This document shows positions 17,639-30,671 of a stretch of 64,000 nt of DNA, piece after piece. The notes beneath the pieces are model-generated. The model was not told the DNA's origin. It worked only from the letters and a program-made list of their open reading frames with translations, and did no database searches. Every line of letters begins with the position of its first letter. Positions within the stretch are counted from its first letter, which is position 1. Source of the stretch: Eledone cirrhosa (lineage: Eukaryota); the NCBI GenBank assembly GCA_964016885.1, contig OZ024743.1, positions 76,446,001-76,510,000 on the forward strand. Direction: 5' to 3'. Made by a program: the position numbers and the translations under genes.

Positions 17639-18748
17639 CTAGCAGTAAAGCCCGGCGTTGCACGGGGTCGCTCAGTAGCTGTGTTAAAGTTACAATGTTA
17701 AGTTTCTTTTTTGGCTTAAAAACTGTAGTGTCTACTGTGCAGACTTGCATGTGGTGTTTTTGATTAATATTCCCTCAACCAACAATATGCCTTATGAAGT
17801 TAAGAAAACATAACGATAACCCGAATGTTATAACAAAAGAGGATGCTGGGGATAAAAACTGCACTGGTTATTTATTAACAAAGATCGAAAATGTAAACAC
17901 TGCAACGCAGAGAAAAACATTAGCGTAACCAAATTATCAGTTATGTCTGTCTGCACGCCTATATCACCTCTCTGCACGACTATCTGTCTGCACTCGTATA
18001 TCACCTCTCTGCACGACTATCTGTCTGCACGCGTATATCACCTCTCTGCACGACTGTCTGTCTGCACGCGTATATCACCTCTCTGCACGCCTAACGAAAT
18101 TTACAGATACATATATTTTAAATAAACTTATATAATTTTTGCTTTTTTTTTACGAAATATTTGCTTGTTTTACGTAGTCTTTAAATAGACTTGTTTTCAA
18201 GTAAAAATATTGTTTTAAAAGGCTTTTAAATGGAAATGAAGCAAAACGGAAGCTTAGTGTTCGAACTGATGAATTTTGCAGGTCAAAATTTTGCTAGCTC
18301 GACAACTGTTCGTGTATTGTGTTAATGTCATTTTAAACGCTGAGAAAGCCAGCGTAATTTTTTTAATTTTTGCCAGCGTAATTTTTTTAATTTTTGCACG
18401 CAGAAAATGTAAACAGAACGTAAGACGCTACGCTGAATGTAAACAGAACAAAGGGAAATCATTTTTTTTTATTTTTGCACGCAGAAAATGTAAAGAGAAC
18501 GTAAGACGCTACGCTGAATGTAAACAGAACAAAGGGAAATAACTGATCACTTACGCTCAAAAATCGATACATTACATTCGATTTCGTCAGATAGGGCGGG
18601 TCAATTTGAAATTTTTTTTTCCGATGTCTTCGCTAGGGCTCAATGTACAAGTATAGCAATTTCGGTGCAATTCCGTGAGAGATTCTAAGAGGAGATGTGT
18701 GCCAAAAATCGATAGACAGACAGACAACCACAGTTTTATATATATAGA
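17639..18748 (-). mobile_element. Non-autonomous Helitron (Lep1-like), 1110 bp
   Basis: Minus strand begins TC(TATATATATAAAAC...) and ends with hairpin CCCG-TGCAACGC-CGGG followed by CTTTACTG-CTAG. It is inserted between A and T with no TSD; removal restores a satellite monomer (ATTATATA|TTCAGACCC). It has (GACA)n near the 5' end and internal tandem repeats at 17945-18090 and ~18380-18540. Confidence 0.9.
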
Positions 18749-21700
18749 TTCAGACCCTACCTACCCTATATATTTTATTACATATTGAGACCTCAACCTA
18801 CGCTATATATTTTATTACATATTAAGACCTCAACCTACCCTATATATTTTATAACATATTGAGACATCTACCTACCCTATATATTTTATTACATATTAAG
18901 ATCTCAACCCACCCTATATATTTGATTACATATTGAGATCTCAACCTACCCTTTATATTTTATTACATATTGAGACCTCAACCTACCCTATATATTTTAT
19001 TACATATTGAGACCTCAACCTACCCTATATATTTTATAAAATATTGAGACCCCAACCTACCCTATATATTTTATTACATATTGAGACCCTGCCTACCCTA
19101 TATATTTTAATATATATTAAGATCTCAACCTACCCTACATATTTTATTACATATTTAGACCCTACCTACCCTATATATTTTATTACATATTAAGACCTCA
19201 ACGTAACCTATATATTTTATTACATATTGAGACGCTGCCTACCCTATATATTTTATTACATATTAAGACCTTAACCTACCCTATATATTTTATTACATAT
19301 TTAGACACCTGCCAACCCTATATATTTTATTACATATTGAAAACTCACCCTATTCTATATATTTTATTACATATTGAGACCCCGACCTGCCCTATATATT
19401 TTATTTCATATTGAAACCCCAACCTACCCTATATATTTTATTACATATTGAGACCCCAACCTACACCATATATTTTATTACATATTGAGACCTCAACCTA
19501 CCCTATATATTTTATTACATATTGAGACACCTGCCTACCCTATATATTTTATTACATATTGAGACACCTGCCTACCCTATATATTTTATTACATATTGAG
19601 ACCCCAACCCATTCTATATGTTTTATTACATATTGAGACGTCAACCGACTCTATATATTTTATTACATATTGATACCCCAACCCATTCTATATGTTTTAT
19701 TACATATTGAGACCTCAACCTACCCTATATATTTTATTACATTTTGAGACCCCAACCCATTCTATATATTTTATTACATATTGAGAACCCTATCTACACT
19801 ATATATGTTATTACATATTGAGACCTCAATCTACCCTATATATTTTATTACATATTGAGACCCCTGCCTACTCTATATGTTTTATTACATATTGAGACCC
19901 CAACCCATTCTATATATCTTATGACATATTGATACCCCTGCTTACCCTATATATTTTATTACATATTGAGACCCTACCTACCCTATATATTTCATTTCAT
20001 ATTAAGACGCTGCCTACGCTATATATTTTATTACATATTAAGACCTCAACCTACCCTATATATTTGATTACATACTGAGACCTCAACCTACCCTATATAT
20101 TTTATAAAATATTGAGACCGACACCTACACTATATATTTTATTACATATTGAGACCCTGCCTACCCTATATATTTTATTACATGTGAAGACCTCAACCTA
20201 CCCTATATATTTTATTACATATTGAGACCTCAACCTACCCTATATGTTTTATTACATATTGAGACCTCAACCTACCCTATATATTTTATTACATATTGAG
20301 ACCTCAACCTACCCTATATATTTTATTACATATTGAGACCTCAACCTACACTATATATTTTATTACATATTGAGAGCTCAACCTACCCTATATATTTTAT
20401 TACATATTGAGACCTCAACCTACCCTATATATTTTATTACATATTGAGACCTCAACCTACCCTATATATTTTATTACATATTGAGACCTCAACCTACACT
20501 ATATATTTTATTACATATTGAGACCTCAACCTACACTATATATTTTATTACATATTGAGACCTCAACCTACACTATATATTTTATTACATATTGAGACCC
20601 AAAACTACCCTATATATTTTATTACATATTGAGACCCTACCTACCCAATATATTTTATTACATATTGAGACCTCAACCTACGCTATATATTTTATTACAT
20701 ATTAAGATCTCAACCCACCCTATATATTTTATTACATATTGAGACCCCAAACTACCCTATATATTTTCTTATATATTGAGACCCCAACCTACCCTATATA
20801 TTTTATTACATATTGAGACCTCAACCTACCCTATATGTTTTATTACATATTGAGACCCCAACCTACCCAATATATCTTATTACATATTGAGACCTCAACT
20901 ACTCTATATATTTGATTACATATTGAGATCTCAACCTACCTTTTATATTTTATTACATATTGAGACCTCAACCTACCATTTATATTTTATTACATATTGA
21001 GACCTCAACCTACCCTATATATTTTATTACATATTAAGACCTCAACCCACCCTATATATTTTATTACATATTGAGACCCCAAACTACCCTATATATTTTA
21101 TTACATATTGAGACCCCTACCTACCCTATATATTTTATGAAATATTGAGACCCCAAACTACCCTATATATTTTATTACATATTGAGACCCCAACCTACAC
21201 CATATATTTTATTACATATTGAGACCTCAACCTACCCTATATATTTTATTACATATTTAGACACCTGCCTACCCTATATATTTTATTACATATTGAGAAG
21301 CCTGCCTACCCTATATATTTTATTACATATTAAGACACCTACCCTATATAATTTATTACATATTGAGACCCCAACCCATTCTATATGTTTTATTACATAT
21401 TGAGACCCCAACCCATTCTATATGTTTTATTACATATTGAGACCTCAACCGACCCTATATATTTTATTACATATTGATACCCCAACCCATTCTATATGTT
21501 TTATTACATATTGAGACCTCAACCGACCCTATATATTTTATTACATATTGAGACCTCGACCTACCCTATATATTTTATTACATATTGAGACCTCTACCTA
21601 CCCTGTATATTTTATTACATATTGAGACCCCAACCCATTCTATATATTTATTACATATTGAGACCCCTGCCTACTCTATATGTTTTATTACATATTGAGA

Positions 21701-24700
21701 CCCCAACCCATTCTATATATCTTATGACATATTGATACCCCTGCTTACCCTATATATTTTATTACATATTGAGACCCTACCTACCCTATATATTTCTTTT
21801 CATATTAAGACCCTGCCTACGCTATATATTTTATTACATATTAAGACCTCAACCTACCATATATATTTGATTACATATTGAGACCTCAACCTACCCTATA
21901 TATTTTATAAAATATTGAGACCGACACCTACACTATATATTTTATTACATATTGAGACCCTGCCTACCCTATATATTTTATTACATGTGAAGACCTCAAC
22001 CTACCCTATATATTTTATTACATATTGAGACCTTACCTTACACTATATATTTTATTACATATGAGGCCTCAACCTACACTATATATTTTATTACATATTG
22101 AGACCCCAAACTACCCTATATATATTATTACATATTGAGACCCTACCTACACTATATATTGTATTACATATTAAGACCTCAACCTACCCTATATATTTTA
22201 TTACATGTTGAGACCTTACCTACCCTATATATTTTATTACATATTAAGACCTGAACCTACCCTATATATTTTATTACATATTGAGACCTCAACCTACCCT
22301 ATATATTTTATAAAATATTGAGACCCCAACCTACCCTATATATTTTATTACATATTGAGACCCTGCCTACCCTATATATTTTAATATATATTAAGATCTC
22401 AACCTACCCTACATATTTTATTACATATTTAGACCCTACCTACCCTATATATTTTATTACATATTAAGACCTCAACCTACCCTATATATTTTATTACATA
22501 TTTAGACACCTGCCTACCCTATATATTTTATTACATATTGAGACCCCAACCTACCCTATCTATTTTATTACATATTTAGACACCTGCCTACCCTATATAT
22601 TTTATTACATATTGAGAAACCTGCCTACCCTATATATTTTATTACATATTAAGACACCTGCCTACCCTATATATTTTATTACATATTGAGACCCCAACCC
22701 ATTCTATATGTTTTATTACATATTGAGACCCCAACCCATTCTATATGTTTTATTACATATTGAGACCTCAACCGACCCTATATATTTTATTACATATTGA
22801 TACCCCAACCCATTCTATATATTTTATTACATATTGAGACCTCGACCTACCCTATATATTTTATTACATATTGAGACCTCTATCTACCCTGTATATTTTA
22901 TTACATATTGAGACCCCAACCCATTCTATATATTTATTACATATTGAGACCCCTGCCTACTCTATATGTTTTATTACATATTGAGACCCCAACCCATTCT
23001 ATATATCTTATGACATATTGATACCCCTGCTTACCCTATATATTTTATTACATATTGAGACCCTACCTACCCTATATATTTCATTTCATATTAAGACCCT
23101 GCCTACGCTATATATTTTATTACATATTAAGACCTCAACCTACCCTATATATTTTATTACATATTAAGACCTTAAACTACCCTATATATTTTATTACATA
23201 TTGAGATCTCAGCCTACCCTTTATATTTTATTACATATTGAGGCCCCTACCTACCATATATATTTTATAAAATATTGAGACCCCAACCTACCCTATATAT
23301 TTTATTACATATTGAGACCCTGCCTACCCTATATATTTTATAACATATTGAGACCTCAACCCACCCTATATATTTTATTACATATTGAGACCTCAACCCA
23401 CCCTATATATTTTATTACATATTGAGACCCCTACCTACCCTATATATTTTCTTACATATTGAGGCCCCTACCTACACTATATATTTTATTACATATTAAG
23501 ACCTTAACCTACCCTATATATTTTATTACATATTAAGACCTTAACCTACCCTATATATTTTATTACATATTGAGACCTCAACCCACCCTATATATTTTAT
23601 TACATATTGAGACCTCAACCTACCCTATATATTTTCTTACATATTGAGGCCCCTACCTACACTATATATTTTATTACATATTGAGACCTAAACCTACCCT
23701 ATATATTTTATTACATATTGAGACCTCAACCCACCCTATATATTTTATTACATATTGAGACCCCTACCTACCCTATATATTTTCTTACATATTGAGGCCC
23801 GTACCTACACTATATATTTTATTACATATTGAGACCTAAACCTACCCTATATATTTTATTACATATTGAGACCTAAACCTATCCTATATATTTTATTACA
23901 TATTGAGACCTCAACCCACCCTATATATTTTATTACATATTGAGACCCCTACCTACCCTATATATTTTCTTACATATTAAGGCCCCTACCTACACTATAT
24001 ATTTTATTACATATTGAGACCTAAACCTACCCTATATATTTTATTACATATTGAGACCTCAACCCACCCTATATATTTTCTTACATATTGAGGCCCCTAC
24101 CTACACTATATATTTTATTACATATTGAGACCTAAACCTACCCTATATATTTTATTACATATTGAGACCTCAACCTACCCTATATATTTTATTACATATT
24201 TAGACCTCAACCTACCCTATTTATTTTCTTACATATTGAGGCCCCTACCTACACTATATATTTTATTACATATTGAGACCTTAACCTACCCTATATATTT
24301 TATTACATATTAAGACCTTAACCTACCCTATATATTTTATTACATATTGAGACCTCAACCCACCCTATATATTTTATTACATATTGAGACCCCTACCTAC
24401 CCTATATATTTTCTTACATATTGAGGCCCCTACCTAAACTCTATATTTTATTACATATTTTATTACATATATTTCTTACATATTGAGGCCCCTACCTACA
24501 CTATATATTTTATTACATATTTTATTACATATATTTTATTACATATTGAGACCTCAACCTACCCTATATATTTTATTACATATTTAGACCTCAACCTACC
24601 CTATATATTTTATTACATATTTACACCTCAACCTACCCTATATATTTTATTACATATTGAGACCCCAACCTACCCTATATATTTTGTTACATATTGAGAC

Positions 24701-26189
24701 CCCTACCTACCCTATATATTTTATTGCATTGTGAGACCCCTGCCTACCCTATATATTTTATTACATATTGAGACCTCAACCTACCCTATATATTTTATTG
24801 CATTGTGAGACCCCTGCCTACCCTATATATTTTATTACATATTGAGACCTAAACCTACCCTATATATTTTATTGCATTGTGAGACCCCTGCCTACCCTAT
24901 ATATTTTATTGCATTGTGAGACCCCTGCCTACCCTATATATTTTATTACATATTAAGACCTCAACCTACCCTATATATTTTATTGCATTGTGAGACCCCT
25001 GCCTACCCTATATATTTTATTACATATTAAGACCTAAACCTACCCTATATATTTTATTGCATTGTGAGACCCCTGCCTACCCTATATATTTTATTGCATT
25101 GTGAGACCCCTGCCTACCCTATATATTTGATTACATATTAAGACCTCAACCTACCCTATATATTTTATTACATATTGAGACCTCAACCTACCCTATATAT
25201 TTTATTACATATTAAGACCTCAACCTACCCTATATATTTGATTACATATTGAGACATCAACCCACCCTATATATTTTATTACATATTGAGACCCCAACCT
25301 ACCCTATATATTTTATTACATATTAAGACCTTGCCTACGCTATATATTTTATTACATATTAAGACCTCAACCTACCCTATCTATTTTATTACATATTAAG
25401 ACCTTAACCTACCCTATATATTTTATTACATATTGAGACCTCAACCTACCCTATATATTTTATTACATATTAAGACCTCAACCTACCCTATATATTTGAT
25501 TACATATTGAGACCTCAACCCACCCTATATATTTTATTACATATTGAGACCCCAAACTACCCTATATATTTTCTTACATATTGAGACCCCAACCTACCCT
25601 ATATATTTTATTACATATTGAGACCTCAACCTTCCCTATATATTTTATTACATATTGAGACCTCAACCTACCCTATATATTTTATTACATATTGAGACCT
25701 CAACCTTCCCTATATATTTTATTACATATTGAGACCCCAACCTACCCTATATATTTTATTACATATTGAGACCTCAACCTACCCTATATATTTTATTGCA
25801 TTGTGAGACCCCTACCTACCCTTTATATTTTATTACATATTGAGACCTAAACCTACCCTATATATTTTATTACATATTGAGACCCCAACCTACCCTATAT
25901 ATTTTATTACATATTGAGACCCCAACCCATTCTATTTAGTTTACATATTGAGACCCCAACCCATCCTTTTTAGTTTACATATTGAGACCCCAACCCATCC
26001 TATTTCGTTTACATATTGAGACCCCAACCCATCCTATTTAGTTTACATATTGAGACCCCATCCCATCCTATTTAGTTTACATATTGAAACCCCAATCCAT
26101 CTTATTTAGTTTACATATTGAAACCCCATCCCATCCTATTTAGTTTACATATTGAGACCCCATCCCATCCTATATATTTTATTACATAT
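18749..26189. repeat. 37-bp satellite array, right part; ends in ~33-bp variant monomers (25920-26170)
   Basis: Same monomer with local variant blocks such as GAGGCCCCTACC and TTGCATTGTGAG. Terminal units read TTACATATTGAGACCCCAACCCATCCTATTTAGT. Confidence 0.97.
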
Positions 26190-26204
26190 GGGGTTCTAAT
26201 AATG

Positions 26205-26500
26205 TACGGGGTACACTGAAGAGGTTTTGAGACTTTTATAAGAGAGAAATTTATTTAACTCAGATCAACACAAAACTCTAGTTTTCCTCAATGTAGGAGC
26301 CTCCAACTTCAATAGTTGTTGCACACCCACCACTTTTGGAAGACCTCCAAAGTAAAGGTGTCCAGGCTGCTTGTCACGGCTTCCTTCATCTCCTTCATAT
26401 TCTCAAAGCGGATACTCCTGAGCTTCTCCTGCAGTCTCGGGAACATTCTGAAGTCACATGGGCCTAAGCCTGGACTGTGGGTGGGATGAGGGACTGTTTT
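26205..26500 (-). pseudogene. Tc1/mariner (mariner-type) transposase C-terminal remnant with probable TIR end
   Basis: Minus-strand translation KTVPHPTHSPGLGPCDFRMFPRLQEKLRSIRFENMKEMKEAV...EVGGSYIEEN* matches the mariner HPPYSPDLAPCDF..FP.LK..L.G.RF motif. TA+CGGGG at 26205 resembles a mariner end with a TA target. Confidence 0.8.
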
Positions 26501-26896
26501 GTATAATACTTTGGTCTTTTTAATGTATAAAGAAAATTAATTGTCGCAGGAATGCTACCACTTAAAATAAAATTTCGTCGGAGATAGATTAGCAAAATTT
26601 AATAAGGGAGGGAATTGATTATTCGAGACCAGAGAGTATATGGTTAGCATCTGTTTTGTTTTGTTATTATTGTTGGTGCTGATACCAAGTACGGTTTTTG
26701 TCCAGGAAGAAGCTGCCTTTACAACGTCTACAGAAGAGGTTCTCAAACTTTTGGGGCAACCAACCTCCACATGGCCACATAATACCCTCAGTGCTCCCTA
26801 CCTCGCTATTTCCAGAGAGACCTGCCTATAGACAAATTGTAAATAATATATAATAAATAAAATCGTTAATTTATATATAACATAATATATCTGATA

Positions 26897-27075
26897 TGGC
26901 AGTATCGGTAGAGGGTTGGACGCTATGCTTTGCAGTATAGAGTTACGGTCCTTTACAGTCTGAGTTCAAATCCCACCGAGGTTAACTTTGCCTTTCATCC
27001 TTACGGGGTCGATAAAATAAAGTACCTGTAATGCACTGGGATAATTGCTGTCCTTGTGCCAAAAAGTAGAAGCAA
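26897..27075 (+). mobile_element. tRNA-derived SINE
   Basis: A-box-like TGGCAGTATCGG, B-box GAGTTCAAATCC and core GCCTTTCATCCTTACGGGGTCGATAAAATAAAGTACC. Homologous copies lie at 61270 and 63598. Confidence 0.85.
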
Positions 27076-27713
27076 TATATATATTTTTTATTTTGCTATA
27101 TTTATATATAATATGTATCATTTGATATTTGATATACTATTATATCATCTCTACCCGGGGGGGGGGGGGTAGAGCCCACGTTGAGAACCTCTAGTCTACA
27201 GCATTGCAACTGACTGTTCAGATACTGTACCATTGAAATATCATACTCACATACACTGGCTAAAACATTACAATGTTTTGTTGTTCCATTCCTCATCATT
27301 TGCCCTTCTACCATATTATACCGGCTTTTAAAAATATATCCGTCTTTTATGGAGTATTTTGAATTTAGTTAGAGTATATCAGGTAGTTATTGCTATGTGT
27401 ATAAATGTTATATTCCGTGATATACGATAGATAACAACCATAAGACACTTCATATAGAGTTTCCAAGTTCAAAATTCCCCGTGTAAATTAGTACTGGTTG
27501 TCTACTGCGGTAGAATTACTCTTCCACTCTCACTGATACGTTCTCTCTCTCACCCTCTCTCTCTTTCTCTCTCTCTATCTGTAATAGGTAGGTGTGTATA
27601 TATATATATAGTTGTAGTGTATATATATATAGTTGTAGTACACCTGAGCACCGTACACAATAATTTCATTATTATTATTATATATATATACATATACACG
27701 CAGACATACACAG

Positions 27714-27752
<39 letters not shown>

Positions 27753-27938
27753 AACTATATAAAGGTATACATATAATATATCTTTATATATATATATATA
27801 AACATATTAAACATATCTATGTATACATAAGTTTTTGTGTGTATATATATATATATATCACGATAAATTAACGGAGCCATAGACTATCGCTATTCCCTGT
27901 CAGTCATGTGCTCAAAGGAGAAGAAATCCCGGACTCTT

Positions 27939-28085
27939 TATAATACAATATGTTGAAAAGGTACACACTAGTGAGAGAGATAGTGCGCCATCACTCGAAC
28001 AGGGAAAAACCACCAGTGTACACTGGTGGTTTTTCCTTGTGGTCTCTCTCTCTAGTGTGTTACCTTTTCAACATATTGTATTATA
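27939..28085. repeat. Fold-back element: outer inverted repeat plus central 34-bp perfect palindrome
   Basis: TATAATACAATATGTTGAAAAGGTA... pairs with ...TACCTTTTCAACATATTGTATTATA; GGAAAAACCACCAGTGTACACTGGTGGTTTTTCC at 28003-28036; abuts (TA)n. Confidence 0.85.
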
Positions 28086-28593
28086 TATATATATGTGTGT
28101 GTGTGTCTATGAGCTTACCATTTACCTAGCTCATCATTTTCTGTCTTCCTCTGTCTACATATCTACCTGTCTACCTGTCTCCTTGTATACATGTCTACCT
28201 GTCTAGCTGTCTCCCTATCTCCCTGTCTACCTCTCTACCTTAATTTTCACCATCTTATTCTCTCAATCTACAACCTGATCTACCTAACGTTTCTTCGTCA
28301 TCGCTTTCTTTTAGCTTTCTCTCCTGCCTATATGTATAGTATACACGTTGTATGTGTATATATATATATATATGATTGCATATAAAAGTGAGATAAACAC
28401 ATATATATACATACATGTGATTAAATCGTAAGGGACCAGATTCGCTAGGGTGAAAAATACTAACTAGGAACAATAGGGTTTGCCAGACTCAATTTAAAAG
28501 AATAAATGATATTCCACGGCTCGGAAAAATTTCTTTCCTTGAGCTATTTAATTGTAAGAGACTATTTTGAGTTTCTAAGTCAATATATACCTT

Positions 28594-28643
<50 letters not shown>

Positions 28644-28772
28644 AGAAGTTCTATTTAAATTGTTGGGATACAACAAGCAAATATTTTATAACTGATATAA
28701 AGCACTCAACAAATTATTGGAGTAAAAATACGATATATTAACAAATGGAAACTATATTTATAAAACCATATT

Positions 28773-28837
28773 TATTTCATTATACATATTTCAAGGACAC
28801 CAAGTTAAATTATGGTGTGCTTTCATCAGATAAAATA
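28773..28837 (-). ncRNA. Type I (minimal) hammerhead ribozyme in PLE 3' pseudo-LTR
   Basis: UAUUUUAU-CUGAUGA-AAGCACACCA(loop)UGGUGUCCUU-GAAA-UAUGUA-UA^AUGAAAUA. Stem I is 8 bp, stem II is 9 bp with one C.C mismatch, stem III is very short, and the cleavage triplet is AUA. Confidence 0.82.
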
Positions 28838-29010
28838 TAATATAGAGCAGTTTTATAAATAAATATTGACATACCCTTAAAGAATGCGACCATTACTGTT
28901 GGAAGCTCCCGGATAGTGGGGTTATAAATTTATTTATACTATTATGTAAATTAGTATTGGATATTTTTAAATTTAAATCAGAGTAGATTTAAATAAGCCG
29001 TTGGGTTACG

Positions 29011-29055
<45 letters not shown>

Positions 29056-29875
29056 ACAAGAGAGAGAAAAAAGAGAGAGATATAAAAAGAGAAAAAATAG
29101 CAAACCTCTAAGAAGAAAATAAGAAAAAAGAGAGAGAGAAAAGAAGAAGAAAAGAGAAAGCGAAAGCTCTAAGTGATAGGTTGTTGAGTTATCTTAACAT
29201 TTGAGATGAAGTGAAAGAATAAATATTTAATGGATGAATAGAGAAATGTAAATAAGCGTGAATGGAAAATACATACATAATAGGAAAATTTTAACCATTG
29301 TTTAAATATGATTAAATGTTTAGTTTATCATTTAAATTATTGAGATCTATACATTAAAAATTCAGATCTATATATTATTAAGAAATCTATATATTATTAA
29401 GACTATATATTATTAAAAAATCTATATATTATTAAAAGAATATATTCATATATATACATACGCACACACAGATATATATACATATAAATATATATGCATA
29501 CAAATATATATACATATACCTACATACATATACATATACATACAAAGTATAAAGGATTTTTTAATTTAAGATATAGGAATTTTCATAAACTTATAGATTT
29601 TTCTGAGAAAATCTTAGAAAAACCGAGAAAATTATTTCTAACTAATATCAAAACAGCGTGAAGGAAATTACGTTATTTAGTTATATAAATGTTACAAATG
29701 TTAAGATACTAAAGGAAATTTTAGGTTATACACACTTTATGTTATTATACAAATTTTTTTTAATATAAGTTTTATATCTAATAAATCCACCTGTTATGTA
29801 GTTGTGACTGTTATTATATAGGTTTGTTTATCACGAACCTTAAGAAAATCCTTATAAACGAGTGCAACCGAATTG

Positions 29876-29957
<82 letters not shown>

Positions 29958-30144
29958 ATCCCCACATAGATACACATAGACGTACCTACACATATAGGTA
30001 GATATGCATCACACATATACATATACATATACATACACACACATAAATATATATACATACATACATATATATATATACACATACATATAGAGAGAGAGAT
30101 ATATAAATACAGTACATAGTATAATTGAAGTACATAATATATAT

Positions 30145-30270
30145 AAAATAAAATAAAATAAAATAAAATTAAATTAAATTAAATTAAATTAAATTAAATT
30201 AAATTAAATTAAATTAAATTAAATTAAATTAAATTAAATTAAATTAAATTAAATTAAATTAAATTAAAAT
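30145..30270. repeat. (AAAAT)n/(AAATT)n pentanucleotide microsatellite inside the PLE 3' region
   Basis: Direct reading. Confidence 0.95.
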
Positions 30271-30671
30271 AAAAAAGAATTTTACGATTTGGAAATATAA
30301 TTATAAGTAATATAACTTTAAACCAATATAATTTTTAAAATATTATAGAATATTTCAAGTTATAATTTTAAAATAATAATATGTTTAATTGATTCAGTAT
30401 AAAAATTTTCTTCGTATGTTTAACTTAATTTTAGAGCCATAAGAGAAAGAAAGAGAAACTTTCAAAAGAGAAACTTTCAAAAATAGGAGAAACTTTCAAA
30501 TAATACTTTTCCCTTTTAAGAGCTTTCAGTATGTTTCTCTAGAAGAGTTTTTTATATTTATTTATATTTAGGAAGAAAAATTTTTTAACTTGAGAGTTTA
30601 AGCAGTCAAATGAAGGAATCTAATGATTTTTCGATAGGTTCAATATATTAATAGAATTAATTAATTATATA

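Noticed and set aside
1-26189. CRISPR-like appearance (conserved part alternating with variable part) and 60-87 aa ORFs
   Set aside because: The variable parts are ~12-bp mutated versions of one another, not unique spacers; there are no cas genes and the context is eukaryotic. The ORFs are satellite translations with TTG starts.
26897-26980. tRNA gene
   Set aside because: A/B boxes are present but there is no cloverleaf; it continues into a SINE body found three times in the window.
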